Shown: positions 10,448-21,668, numbered from the stretch's first letter. The stretch: 61,996 bases of DNA from Promethearchaeota archaeon Loki_b31 (GCA_005222975.1 NJBI01000013.1:1-61996), one strand, 5' to 3'. Program-made: numbers and translations. The notes: generated from the letters alone by a model not told the origin.

Positions 10448-10834
10448 TTTTAATAAAACTGAGATTTAAGAGGAAAGGATTTACATTAAATATTTATTTT
10501 GATAGGCGAAACTCTTAAGTGTGGTATAAGAGTTAAGTAATTTAATGAAATTTATCAGTTTATAGAAGGTTTTGTTGCGGTTGTAAACTTAGAGATTAAA
10601 AGTTTGAGAAAACATCATATTTTTTAATAATAATTTTATAATTAGAGTTGCTTAATTCTTTTTTTATATTGGTAATATTTCTATAATAGAACAATAAATA
10701 TAAATTAAAAAGATAGTATTATAATTAAAAATATAGATTAAAATTATTAATTTCTCTATAAAATTAACAATTATATAAGTGGAAATAGAATTTAATAATA
10801 ACTATAAGCAAAATACATAATTTGTGTCAAACCA

Positions 10835-11239
10835 ATGAAAGAAGTTAAAATTCTTACAATAGACGAACGTGGTAGAATAGTTATTCCACAAATCGTAAGA
10901 AAGTCCTTAGGAATTACCACAAATTCGCAATTAATGATGGTTAGCGACTCTGAATCTAAAGAAATAAAAATATCTCCAATTGGTTTACGGGATGAGAGTA
11001 ATCTTATTAAATTAAGAATTTCAATGGGAGATACACCTGGAGCGTTAGCAAAATTAGCAACCACTTTCGGAGATTTAAACTTAAGTATGATGTATAGCGA
11101 AGCCGTTATCGTTGAAAAAGACAAAACTGCTGTGTGGACTGTAATATCAGAAAGTCCAAGTTTTAATTTAGAAGAACTCGAAAAAATATTAAAAGAAAAA
11201 GGACAAGCGCTTAAAGTAGAATTTCTATCTTTGGAATAA
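10835..11239 (+). CDS. AbrB/SpoVT DNA-binding domain plus ACT domain regulator
   Basis: TIDERGRIVIPQIVRKSLGI (AbrB); MGDTPGALAKLATTFGDLNLSM (ACT). Confidence 0.88.
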   Translation: MKEVKILTIDERGRIVIPQIVRKSLGITTNSQLMMVSDSESKEIKISPIGLRDESNLIKLRISMGDTPGALAKLATTFGDLNLSMMYSEAVIVEKDKTAVWTVISESPSFNLEELEKILKEKGQALKVEFLSLE

Positions 11240-11277
11240 GATATATCTCAGAATTATAAAGTTGATGTTTAAGTCTT

Positions 11278-12009
11278 ATGGCTAAGAAAAAGAAGAAAGA
11301 GAAGAAAAAAATAGAAGAGAAAGTTCCTAACTACACTTTAGATAACATTTTGAAATCGTCGAAAAAGACAGAATCAACCTTGCAAGGATTACTTAAAGCC
11401 TTCACTGAAGATAAAGGGTTTATTTCTCCAAAAGAAGAAGAAAAAATTTCGCCTCAGCTTTCTTATGAAACCAAAAAGAAAATAGCAGAAGATTACATGA
11501 TAGAAGAAGTTCCGCTTACCGAGAGAAAGCCTCTTCAAAAGAGAGAGCCTCTTCCAAAAGTTCCTGAAGAAAAAGAAATACCAACGGTGGAAGTTCCTAC
11601 ACCTGCCTCTAGCACCATTAAAACGCCCTCATTCTCTAAGAAAGATGATATTTACGTTAAATTATCTGATTTTTTTGAAGAAATATTTATAGGTTATGTA
11701 GATCGTTATAACCAATGGGAGAATTCTATATCTTCAATCCTTTCAATACTTAGAAAAATGAGGAAGATAACAAAGAAAAACACCGAAGACTTATCTACAA
11801 CGATAAATAACTTATACGATAAAATTCGATACAATTTGGAACAATTTAAGGTAAAACGTGAGGAAGTTGAAAAGGTTGCAGGTGTAGATATTGAATCTAT
11901 GTCCAGTGAATTTAAAATGGTTTTAGGGTTATTAGAATTGCAAGTGAAGGAATATCAATTAAAAAAATTATCGGATGAATACATCCATCAACAACAAACT
12001 TTCTCATAA
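11278..12009 (+). CDS. Hypothetical protein (Lys-rich N-terminus, Pro/Glu linker, helical C-terminus)
   Basis: 243-aa ORF co-oriented with the actin homologue. Confidence 0.75.
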   Translation: MAKKKKKEKKKIEEKVPNYTLDNILKSSKKTESTLQGLLKAFTEDKGFISPKEEEKISPQLSYETKKKIAEDYMIEEVPLTERKPLQKREPLPKVPEEKEIPTVEVPTPASSTIKTPSFSKKDDIYVKLSDFFEEIFIGYVDRYNQWENSISSILSILRKMRKITKKNTEDLSTTINNLYDKIRYNLEQFKVKREEVEKVAGVDIESMSSEFKMVLGLLELQVKEYQLKKLSDEYIHQQQTFS

Positions 12010-12057
12010 AGGTTTTACTTAAGAGCATTTTGATATTAAACAATTAAAAAAATAATT

Positions 12058-13251
12058 ATGTCAGATATCGATAACGATCAATTAATTCCATTAATTCTCG
12101 ATATAGGTAGCAACAATTTTAGGATGGGATGGGCTGGAGGCGATTTTCCGGACATTATTGCTCCGAGCGTATATGTCGATATTTCTGATTACTTATTCAA
12201 GTCAGATGTGATTAATGGATTAGAAGATATTTTTTTAGATACGAATAATCAAGCCCATTTAGTAGGACATGATGCCTTAAAATATAAGAGCATTTTAAAA
12301 ATACACGAATTTAGAAAAGAAAACAATTATAACATTCTTCTAAAGTTTTTTTATCATTACTACCAACAATTAAATATATCAGAAGAGTTGCGGTTTAAAC
12401 AACCAATAATAATTATTACTCCATTTTACAAATCAGAGTTAGAAAAAACAAAACTTCAAGAAATTTACTTCAACTTGTTGAACTTCCCTTCTCTTCTATT
12501 TTTATCGGAGAGCCAGGCAATTCTATCCACTTTACAGAAATCTAGTGGCGTAATCGTTAATATCGGAGAGTCTAATACGTATATCTCCACAATCTTTCAT
12601 GGATTTACGAACATAATGGCGCGCGATATGTTTCCGATTACCGGAAAAGATTTAACTAGCTATCTTCTTAATTTAATTTTAAGTAAAATCGGCGCTAGCA
12701 AAAACATTTATCTTGATATAGCAATCGCAAAAGAGATTAAAAACCGATTGTCTTTATGTATATTAGATCCTACGAGAGAAGAGAAAAGAGTAAAAGAAGG
12801 ATTAAGCAAATACGATCGGATAGTAGATTTACCAGATGGTACTAAGCTAAAATTAAACTCAGAACGGTTTTTACTATCAGAACCGTTATTTAATCCGAAA
12901 ATTATTCATGTTGATTATATTGGTTTAGCTGAAGCTATTTCTAAAGTAATAAAGACATGGGATAGAGAAAATTGGGAAGAGCTTCTTTCAAATATTATCC
13001 TCTCGGGAGGAAGTAGCTTGATACCTGGTTTGAGTGAAAGGTTAAAAGTAGAATTGCAGAAATACTTCTCGGAAAAGCTAAAAAATAAAATTAAAGTGGT
13101 GGCAGCCTCAGGAAGGGAAAATATGGGCTGGCTAGGGGCTTCAGTTCTTTATTCGAAAAATCAATTAAAAAAAGGATGGTTAAATAACCCTAATCTTCAA
13201 GATTCTAATCAAATACAAAAAGATCAAACGAACTCTCAAAATATTTATTAA
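12058..13251 (+). CDS. Actin-family (actin-related) protein
   Basis: Phosphate-1 ILDIGSNNFRMGWAG, phosphate-2 VNIGESNT, LPDG..ERFLLSEPLFNP, NIILSGGSSLIPGLSERL, WLGASVL. Confidence 0.93.
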   Translation: MSDIDNDQLIPLILDIGSNNFRMGWAGGDFPDIIAPSVYVDISDYLFKSDVINGLEDIFLDTNNQAHLVGHDALKYKSILKIHEFRKENNYNILLKFFYHYYQQLNISEELRFKQPIIIITPFYKSELEKTKLQEIYFNLLNFPSLLFLSESQAILSTLQKSSGVIVNIGESNTYISTIFHGFTNIMARDMFPITGKDLTSYLLNLILSKIGASKNIYLDIAIAKEIKNRLSLCILDPTREEKRVKEGLSKYDRIVDLPDGTKLKLNSERFLLSEPLFNPKIIHVDYIGLAEAISKVIKTWDRENWEELLSNIILSGGSSLIPGLSERLKVELQKYFSEKLKNKIKVVAASGRENMGWLGASVLYSKNQLKKGWLNNPNLQDSNQIQKDQTNSQNIY

Positions 13252-13265
13252 AATAATTAGCGTAA

Positions 13266-15863
13266 ATGGTTTCAATGTCTATTAACTTAAAATTAAAAAC
13301 AAATTTCTTAAAAAATTTTCAACTAAGAATAATACAAGGTAGAAGATTATTGCAATCAGCTAATCATTTATGGGCTGATCGCTTATTAACTGATTTGTAT
13401 TTTGAGATAGAAAAAACTGATTGGCTCGATATCCAGAAAAAACACCAATTAACCATGATAATATCAAATTCTTGGTGGATATACATCAATTCCTTGACGC
13501 GCAAAACTGACGAGGGGACCGAAGTAGATGTTATTAGATATATAGACGCTTATAAAAGATTTTTCTCGTTTTTATCAAAATTAGACGATTTCTCTCTTTT
13601 CAATAATTTTGTCACCAACTTGTTGAAATCGTTTATTACAAAGGACGAGTTATCTCAATTGGGTATAACTAAATTCATAAACTCTTTCTGTGTTAAAGTG
13701 ACTGAAAGGAAGGAATATATTAAACTGATTGAATTACAAATAGTTTTAATGTATTTAAGAAAATCCGTTATCCCACAAGAATTTTTTCATTTAAGTATGG
13801 AAGTTTTAGGCAGAACAATATTTAAACTAGAACCTGGGAAAAGGGCTTTGTTTCTTTATATTTTTATAGAAAATGTTAATATGCATTATCACCTCACAGA
13901 TAATTCCGAAGATTTCGTGAAATATATGAAAAGTATATTAGTAAATCGGATTCCAGAATATTTAAAAAATGAATTTAGTAATTTAAGCAAAATTTCAATA
14001 AATAAAAGAAATTTTAATACTGTTTTAGTAGAGTTAGAGGAATTAATCTATTATTTAAACGATATTGGAGAATACACCTGGATAATCATTATCATTAAAA
14101 ATCTATTTTCAAAAATTCGCGAATTTCAATCCTATGGTGACGCAGTTACGTATATTAGGAAATTCATAAGTTTCGCAATTTCAAGGAATAGATTTGAAAT
14201 AGCTTTTGATATCTATGATTTCTTGGAAGATCTGTTTATGTACCAAACAGATCTTGGATACGATAATATTTTAATTGAATTATGGGTTGAGGCTTCCAAA
14301 AAATTCGTAGAAATGAAAGAGAAAAAATATCTATTGCAATCTCTTGAAAAATTAAACACTCATCTGAAAATACCTCAAAATAATGCTCAATTATATCATT
14401 ATTTTTACACTTGTAATTTCTTATGGCAATTTAAGTCAATTTTTTTCTCGTTAGAGCAGAGAGATTTCTGGAGAATGATGTTCTATCGTGCTTTATATGA
14501 GGAAAATGATTTCAATCTCGCTCAAAAAATATTACCTTACTTGGAAAAGAATTTGAGAGCGTTGATTACCGATCCGCTTCTACTGTATAACGAAACAGAA
14601 TCATTTAAGAGAGATATCTATTCGTTTGGAGAAGACGACCTTTTTTTTAGGGGATTTGAAGAAGGCTTTATAATAAGGCAAATGATATTTAGGATAAATA
14701 CTGAAGGGTCAATATCTATTCGAATGATTTCTCAAGAAAATAAAATAGTTGAAGGAAAAATAATTGACGAATATTGGAATGATGCTCATATTCTTGACAT
14801 TTACAACGATATCTTCTCTGATAACCTAGAAAAAAAGTACAAATTTACATTAAATGAATTTGGTCGATTGTTATATGTTTTTCTTCCTAATAAAATAAGA
14901 ACTTTTTTTAAACAATTTGAGATAAAGGCTTTAAATTTTACTCCGGAAATCTATTTTATTTTAGACGATATGACCATCCCTTTCGATTTAATTTACGATA
15001 AAAGTTTTTTCTTATTAAAATATTCCATTGGTTACATAATTGGAGAGCCTCCATTAGGGGGTATAACTTTTGGTCGTGAAACTGAAGAAAATAAAGAAAA
15101 TTTAAAAGTCCAGAATAAATTTAATGTACTTATAATAGAAAGCATTAATAATTCAGGTCCCGTTAGATGGAATGAAGAGCATAAATCTAAAGAGATAATA
15201 TTTCCATTTGAAGCTGGTATAAATGAATTTAATTACATTACAGAATTCTTTAATAATCGAGAAGAAATAAACCAAATTACGGTTTTAGCAGGACCTAACT
15301 CTACTCAAGAAAATATTTTGTCACATATAGCTGACGGAGCGAACCATATAATCCATTTTGTAGGAAATATCTTTTACTCCAAATGGAATCCCCGTGATAG
15401 TTTTTTTCTGACTAACGACAACGAAATCGTTACGTTTAACGATATCAACAGTTCAATACAAGGGAGTAAATCTAATATGAATCCTTTCTTGTTTTTCAAC
15501 TCTCAAATATATGATGTTGAAGGAAAGAAGTTAAAAAATGCTTTAAGAACTTTCGGAGAGATTGTAGAACATTTTGATTACGATAAAATCATAGGCATTA
15601 TATCGAGAAATTATCCTATTTTTGACGATGAAACCAAAGAAATAATCGCAAATTTTTACGTTAATTTGTTCAGTTATCGGAGCCAAGGAGTTTCGCTCTT
15701 GAAAGCTCGCCAAGCATGTATGGCAAATAAAATGACTAAACTCGTAGAACAAAATTTTAAAGATTTATCCGCTGAGGATGGTACTAAAAGCATCGATTTA
15801 AAAGGTTCTTTAGCAATATCAAGTTATATGCTTTTTGGAAAGCCGTGGAAAAAATTAAGTTAA
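13266..15863 (+). CDS. Helical N-terminal region plus C-terminal CHAT (caspase-like) domain, catalytic residues apparently lost
   Basis: LNEFGRLLY..IPFDLIYD..FFLLKYSIG, IIHFVGN (cf. HFAGHG), FLFFNSQ (cf. LNAC), FYVNL..GVSLLKAR..SYMLFGKP. Confidence 0.75.
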   Translation: MVSMSINLKLKTNFLKNFQLRIIQGRRLLQSANHLWADRLLTDLYFEIEKTDWLDIQKKHQLTMIISNSWWIYINSLTRKTDEGTEVDVIRYIDAYKRFFSFLSKLDDFSLFNNFVTNLLKSFITKDELSQLGITKFINSFCVKVTERKEYIKLIELQIVLMYLRKSVIPQEFFHLSMEVLGRTIFKLEPGKRALFLYIFIENVNMHYHLTDNSEDFVKYMKSILVNRIPEYLKNEFSNLSKISINKRNFNTVLVELEELIYYLNDIGEYTWIIIIIKNLFSKIREFQSYGDAVTYIRKFISFAISRNRFEIAFDIYDFLEDLFMYQTDLGYDNILIELWVEASKKFVEMKEKKYLLQSLEKLNTHLKIPQNNAQLYHYFYTCNFLWQFKSIFFSLEQRDFWRMMFYRALYEENDFNLAQKILPYLEKNLRALITDPLLLYNETESFKRDIYSFGEDDLFFRGFEEGFIIRQMIFRINTEGSISIRMISQENKIVEGKIIDEYWNDAHILDIYNDIFSDNLEKKYKFTLNEFGRLLYVFLPNKIRTFFKQFEIKALNFTPEIYFILDDMTIPFDLIYDKSFFLLKYSIGYIIGEPPLGGITFGRETEENKENLKVQNKFNVLIIESINNSGPVRWNEEHKSKEIIFPFEAGINEFNYITEFFNNREEINQITVLAGPNSTQENILSHIADGANHIIHFVGNIFYSKWNPRDSFFLTNDNEIVTFNDINSSIQGSKSNMNPFLFFNSQIYDVEGKKLKNALRTFGEIVEHFDYDKIIGIISRNYPIFDDETKEIIANFYVNLFSYRSQGVSLLKARQACMANKMTKLVEQNFKDLSAEDGTKSIDLKGSLAISSYMLFGKPWKKLS

Positions 15864-15913
15864 AGTATCATATTTAATTATTCAAATTAAAAATTAAAAT
15901 TATAAAAGATTAG

Positions 15914-16462
15914 TTGATAAATTTGTCTGATAGAATTATCGAACTCCGGGTTGAAAACGACCGTCTTAAAAGAGAAGTTCAAAACTTAGAGAGTAAGATT
16001 TTATTACTAGTAGGAATGATAAATTTGGAATCTTCAGGGGGTCCTGAAGGCAAGAATATACTTAACGAGCGATTGATTAATCTAATTACCTCGACAAAAC
16101 AACAGTTAAATATTGTCTCGCCTAAGATCGATAGGTTCTACGCTAATGAAGTAAAGAAGTTAACACAGAAAGGAATTCCAATTTTAATAATTACTAACGA
16201 TAGAGGTGGCATTCCAAAAGCTTTTCAAGAAGTATACGACGACCTAAAAGTAACCCCCGGAGTAAGTATTATAAACAATCCTAACGTTAGATATTTGTTA
16301 GTTTTCAATTCTGAAGAAGCTATTTATTCGGGTGGTTCATTAGTTAAGGAAGAACTTGAAAAATCGGTTTTAATTATTACTATAATTAAGGAAACTGCTA
16401 AGTTGAGAAAAATTGCAGAAATTTTTAGCTTGATGCTCCCGTCGTTTATGCGTGGCAAGTAA
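15914..16462 (+). CDS. Coiled coil plus PLD-fold domain lacking the HKD motif
   Basis: LNIVSPKID..KGIPILIITN..NVRYLLVFNSEEAIYSGGSL resembles the PLD HxKxxxxD..GSxN region without H/K/D. Confidence 0.65.
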   Translation: MINLSDRIIELRVENDRLKREVQNLESKILLLVGMINLESSGGPEGKNILNERLINLITSTKQQLNIVSPKIDRFYANEVKKLTQKGIPILIITNDRGGIPKAFQEVYDDLKVTPGVSIINNPNVRYLLVFNSEEAIYSGGSLVKEELEKSVLIITIIKETAKLRKIAEIFSLMLPSFMRGK

Positions 16463-16683
16463 GTAAATAAACTTTTATTTTATTATTTATTATTAACTTA
16501 TTAGTATTTTTCGGAGATATTAATCTTTAAGTCAGAAATGTGTAAAAATTTAGTTAGAGATGACAGAAAACACAGTAGGCAAAAAAATACCAAAGAAGGA
16601 AAAAATTGAAGCTCTAGTTTTAGAGCAAAAGATAGATAACAAGTCTAATTCTGAAGATATATTTGTATAAATTAATAATCTAA

Positions 16684-19600
16684 TTATTTTTTTAAGATAT
16701 CTTTGGACTTTTTTATCCATCTGTATATAGTATTTTCACTTACTTTTGGAAATTTTTCAAAATACATTTTTGAAGATTTATTAGGGTTTATTTTATAGAA
16801 ATTAAAAAAATGTTGAAAATTTATTTCCCAATTAAGAACTTCTTGATTTTTAAAATAAGTTTCCTTAACAAAATTGAGCAATTCTTCCCATGACGAAAAT
16901 CCAATAAATTTACGAATATATCTATCACGATTGTTTATTAAAGAGTCAATAGATAAAAATCTGTCTAAATTTAAATCAATAAGAAGATTTAAACCTGTAT
17001 AACCCGTAAACCCACTTGTCACAGTTATATCATTAATATTATCACAAACTAACTTAATAGCTTTATCCCGTAAGTCTAATGCTTGGATAATTAAATCATT
17101 AAAAGATGTACCAGTAAATTTTTCTAATAACACTTTGCCCTTTTGAAGAAATGCATTATTTGAATATCCAAATCTTACAAAATTAAGATCTATGCACAAC
17201 TGCCTAGCAGAATATTCAGTGTTTAATTTCTCCCAAATGTTTTTTTTTTATTAACTTAAGTGCGTCCTCAAGCAATTCTTCTTTATTAAACAAATCTAAA
17301 TATTTATTAAATTTGTAAATCTTGTTCTTTATTTTATCAGGTTTTATAGAATTAAAACCCACTTGATCGTATTTATCTACTACGAAATCTGTGAGATTCG
17401 ATCCAAAAATTTCTCTAAAAAAATCTTGAATTCGTTTAAATTCAATCTTATCGTTTGGAAGATTTTTCAGTCCATCAAACCTATCTAATAAAGTTACATA
17501 ATTTACAATACCGTTATCTACACATTCAGAAATCTTATCTTTAAAGAGATTTTTAAGAAGTCTTTTTCTTAATTGCTCAAAGGAACTACAGTCATTATAG
17601 ATAGGAGAGTATTTTTTAATAACAATACGCCTAACAATTTCAGGGGAATTCAAGAATATCTTACTTAGACCACTCAACGTAGAGATTTGAATAGAACTGT
17701 AACCCCGTTCAAAATAATCAAAAGTTTCATCTAAATAGTGTTTAAACATATCTAAAGCAAAAAACCGATCTATTACGGGATTTAAAAATCTCTCTCTTGC
17801 GTTCTGTATACCATCGAAAAAGTCGGTCAATAATGTATTTATTAATACTAAATCAACATTATAACCTATTTCGTTTAAAAAATTAGTGATTTGTGGTTTA
17901 GTGAAACCTATAGCAACAAGTCGGAAAATAGTATTATTGAGAATGTTATAAGCAGAAGATGATCCTAAAGATTTTTTATCTCTATTAAGAGCTATTCCGA
18001 TTCTCCGTTGATAAAGGATTCTCTCAATTTCACATTGCGAAAGAGCATTATTACTAAAAGTTAATTTTAAGAATTTAAAAAGAAATCTGTTATTTATAGA
18101 CTTTTTAACTGAAGAAAAATCAATAGAATCAAAATCTATTTCTCCTGTAATAGTATGTGTTAAGACATTCTCTAAAATTAAATGATGAAAAATCAATCCG
18201 TTAACTTTTATCTGTTTAAGAATGTCTTTAGTTAAATCTGTTTTTAATTCATCTTTAATATTTAAAATATCATATTTTAAATGTTTATTTATAGATTTAT
18301 AGAAATGATTCCTAATTTTGATATTTAAAGAAACTACATTATTACCAGAATAAATAGATTTTAAAACGTACTCCCAATACCGTGAGGGATGTGGGCGAGT
18401 TGTTTTACCCGTCATAGCGACACCCGTCCACAAATCCTCCCATTCATAAGTAAATCCCCACCATTGATATCTTATTTTTCCTTTCCTACTAATTATATCT
18501 CTAACTAGTGTTGAATCTAAACTTGACAAATCGACAACAAATTTTGATATAGGTATACTAGGATCATATTCAGGCAATAATCGTCTATTCTCGTTAACCC
18601 GTTGCATATAATCAGAGATTACCTGATCAACGATAGGGACAAGATATTTCTGAGCTTCTGGTGGAAGATATTTGTCTAAAGTGGATTGAGGAGAATCTAA
18701 AGTGCTAGAAATCTTTATTGGAAAAGATTTTTTAAAATTGAAATCAATATTAGATTGATTTTCAACAAACTCTAAATTCTCAGATTCTAAGAATGATTTT
18801 TTCATACTACAATTATTTTTATTAATTAAATATTTAATTTTCTTGTTTTCTTGTTCTTTCCTTAACTCTTTATATTTCTGCGAGATGTGTTTAAAAAATT
18901 TGCTACACACTCGATTAACAAAAAACCTGTTCAAAAGTTCCCACAAATGATTATAAAAATAATCTTTAAAAGCCCGAATATTTGCTAATAATTCTAGTTG
19001 GATCGGACCTAAACCCTGTAGTCTTTCTGTTAAGAATTTTAATCTCTTCTTTTCTATTTCAGTAAGTTTTTCGTATTGAGACTTTTTATATAATTCCAAA
19101 AACTTTCGAGTCAAATCCTCGAACTCGTTATAACTCTCAAGGGCTTTTTTTAGCTCGGATTTAAGCTCAGCGTTGCACTCTTCCTCAGAAGCCTCTTTTA
19201 TCCATTGTTTAAGGGTTGTTTTCCAACCCTCTTCTTCAATTTCTTTTTTTTTCTCGCTTTCACTTTTAGAATTTTTAATCTTTTCCGATCTTAATTCTCG
19301 TTGCTCTAACCATTGGCTATAACCTTTTGATTTTTGTCTAGCATATATAGGTCTCCTGCCCGTCTCTCGGCGATATAACTCTTGAAGACGTTCGTTTTCC
19401 TCTTCGTCAGATTCTTCCTTCTTTTCACTGCTTAAGGCAGAGGTTAGTTCAATTTGATCGCATTGTTCCGCACTTGAATTTTTTTCGTTAGTCTCTAAAT
19501 CGTGTTTTTCAAGTTCTTCACTCACATTCAGATCTTCTTCTTCTTTTTCTTGTTTTTTATTTATTTCGTTTTGATAATTGCTTGCTATTTCTTCCATCTG

Positions 19601-21061
19601 CTCATCGATTTCTTCTTGAGACATTCCTTGCCGATGCAACTCCACTTCTACTTCCATATAATCTTCTGCTTCAGCCGGTCGATCGATTTCTTCTCTTGCA
19701 TCATCGATATCTTCTTCGTCTTCGTGATTAACTAGCTTTAATTTCTTCAGTTCCTGCTTTTCAATTATTTCTTCTAATCTTTCCTCAAACTTGGTCGTTT
19801 CTATGGCTTCCTCTACTCTCGTATCCTTCTCTTCTTGCGATTCCCCTTGTTGAACCAATTTCTCTTCTAATTCAACAGCCTGCTCTACTAAATCTACCCT
19901 ATCCAGATCTTCTTTTAGATCCTCTTCGCTCGCTTCGTCTTCGTGATCGACTAGCTTTAATTTCTCCAGTTCTTGCTCTTCGTATAATTTTTCTGCGTTT
20001 TTAAGCGTTTCGTACATCTCTTCCGCTTCGTGCATTACTTCTTCTATCTCTTCAGGGGGCTTTCCTTCTCGATCTAATTTATCGCGAATTTCCCATAGAT
20101 ATTCAAATTCCTCGGTATTAGTAATTTCCTTAGATGCCTTAGTAATATCCTCCTGTTCGAGTTCATCGCTCTTGTTACCACTTTCTTGGTCACCCTTTAA
20201 TTCCTCTGCTACTTCTTGCCTAAGTTCTTCTGTTTCTTGCTCCTCTTTACTATTTTGATCGTTTAGTGTTTCTTTTTCCTTTAAGGATTCATAATATTGC
20301 TCAGCATAATACGCTGCATTTTCTTTTTCAGCTTGTGGTTCGATGCTCTCATCTTCTCCTTTTGTTTCTCTGGCATATTCGGCCAATTCTTCGACATCCT
20401 TTATGAATTCACTTTCGTCGGTATTTACTATCGGTTCCGTATCTTCTTGATATTCTTCTGGGCGAATCTCGATTTCTTCTTCCTGCTCCTGGTGTTCCAT
20501 ATGCTCTTCTATTTCTTCTATATCACTAGTTAAAACTGTAGAAGTTGATTGAGAACCAATATTTTCGTTTTCAATAACATTTCCTACATCTCCAGAGTCT
20601 TGATCTTCGTCAGCTCGTTCACTATCTTCCTTGTCATGTATAGCATCATCTAAGATGTCATCGTCGAACTCATCTGTCTCGCTAAATCTCTCAGGAATGA
20701 TATCATCGAACTCATATGGCTCGCTAAATACCTCAGGAATAAGGTCGTCGAACTCATCCGGTTCACTAAATACCTCAGGAATAAGGTCGTCAAACTCATC
20801 CGGTTCACTAAATACCTCAGGAATAAGGTCGTCAAACTCATCCAGCTCGCTAAATACCTCAGGAATAAGGTCGTCAAACTCATCCGGTTCACTAAATACC
20901 TCAGGAATAAGGTCGTCAAACTCATCCAGCTCGCTAAATACCTCAGGGATGTCGTCGTTAATCCCATTTAATTCATCAGACTCGTTTGTAAGCTCCGGTA
21001 GCTCTTCTACAGCGTTATCATCCTCAGATATTTCATTAAACTCGTCCCCTATCTCATCCAT
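16684..21061 (-). CDS. Giant acidic-repeat protein with GIY-YIG-like domain, frameshifted at an A10 run (17240-17249); joins ORFs 17216-21061 and 16684-17199
   Basis: Deleting one A gives LIKKNIWEKLNTEYSARQLCIDLNF and a continuous 1458-aa ORF; GFTYEWEDLWTGVAMTGKTTRPHPSRYWEY is GIY-YIG-like. Confidence 0.7.
20660..20957 (-). repeat. Coding 42-bp tandem repeat, about 7 copies (DEFDDLIPEVFSE[P/L])
   Basis: Unit aactcatccggttcactaaatacctcaggaataaggtcgtca repeated head to tail without spacers. Confidence 0.95.
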
Positions 21062-21067
21062 AAAGAT

Positions 21068-21202
21068 TTACCATCTTATTTTGGTTTTTAATAACACCAT
21101 CGTACTCTTTTTTATAGAATGTTCAAATCCAAGATCTCTAAATTTATGAAAACTATCTATCGCATCTAATTCTTCTGAATTTAACCTTAATTCTTCGTTC
21201 AT
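21068..21202 (-). CDS. 44-aa protein, possibly ribbon-helix-helix-like
   Basis: MNEELRLNSEELDAIDSFHKFRDLGFEHSIKKSTMVLLKTKIRW; stops 6 bp before the giant gene. Confidence 0.4.
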   Translation of the reverse strand: MNEELRLNSEELDAIDSFHKFRDLGFEHSIKKSTMVLLKTKIRW

Positions 21203-21298
21203 TTTTTATCATCATAACATGTCACTCCTCCGTTCTATTTAAATAACAAAAAAATTTAGGTCAAATTAAAACTACCCCCCATTTCCTTTTGATTTAAA

Positions 21299-21331
21299 TC
21301 AAATCTAATCCTAGTTCAAATCTAATCCTAG
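21299..21331. promoter_or_regulatory. Direct repeat TCAAATCTAATCCTAG x2 (17-bp period); candidate operator
   Basis: Exact 16-mers at 21299-21314 and 21316-21331 between divergent ORFs. Confidence 0.55.
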
Positions 21332-21356
21332 CGAATCTAAAGATGTAAAAAATAAG

Positions 21357-21539
21357 ATGTTTGATGCAAAATATAATAAAATGATACAAAGAGCGAATCA
21401 TGACCCTAATATAACTCTAAAAATTAGGAAAAGCGTATCTTTTAGATTAAGAAATGATGAACGTGACGCAATAATATTTTTGGAAGAAATCCGAACAAAA
21501 ACATACTTACTTATACAAGAGTTATTTAAACTTATTTAA
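21357..21539 (+). CDS. Small RHH/CopG-like protein, possibly a remnant
   Basis: KSVSFRLRNDERDAI strand-helix pattern. Confidence 0.45.
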   Translation: MFDAKYNKMIQRANHDPNITLKIRKSVSFRLRNDERDAIIFLEEIRTKTYLLIQELFKLI

Positions 21540-21668
21540 GAACATAAGAATTTAAAAACATTACAGTGTGTAGCATTGATACAGTATAGTAAATAAGAAA
21601 TAAGATATTAGCAATAATTATTTTAAATGTTTTGCAAAAGTTTATTAACTTTTTTATAAGAAAGACTA

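Noticed and set aside
16560-16670. 36-aa ORF MTENTVGKKIPKKEK...
   Set aside because: Too short with no recognisable motif; may be a remnant at an island edge.
20660-20957. CRISPR array
   Set aside because: Repeats are contiguous with no unique spacers, are in-frame coding, and no cas genes are present.
20631-21149. Ser-rich plus-strand ORF and alternative-frame ORF 20650-20967
   Set aside because: By-products of the stop-free 42-bp repeat.
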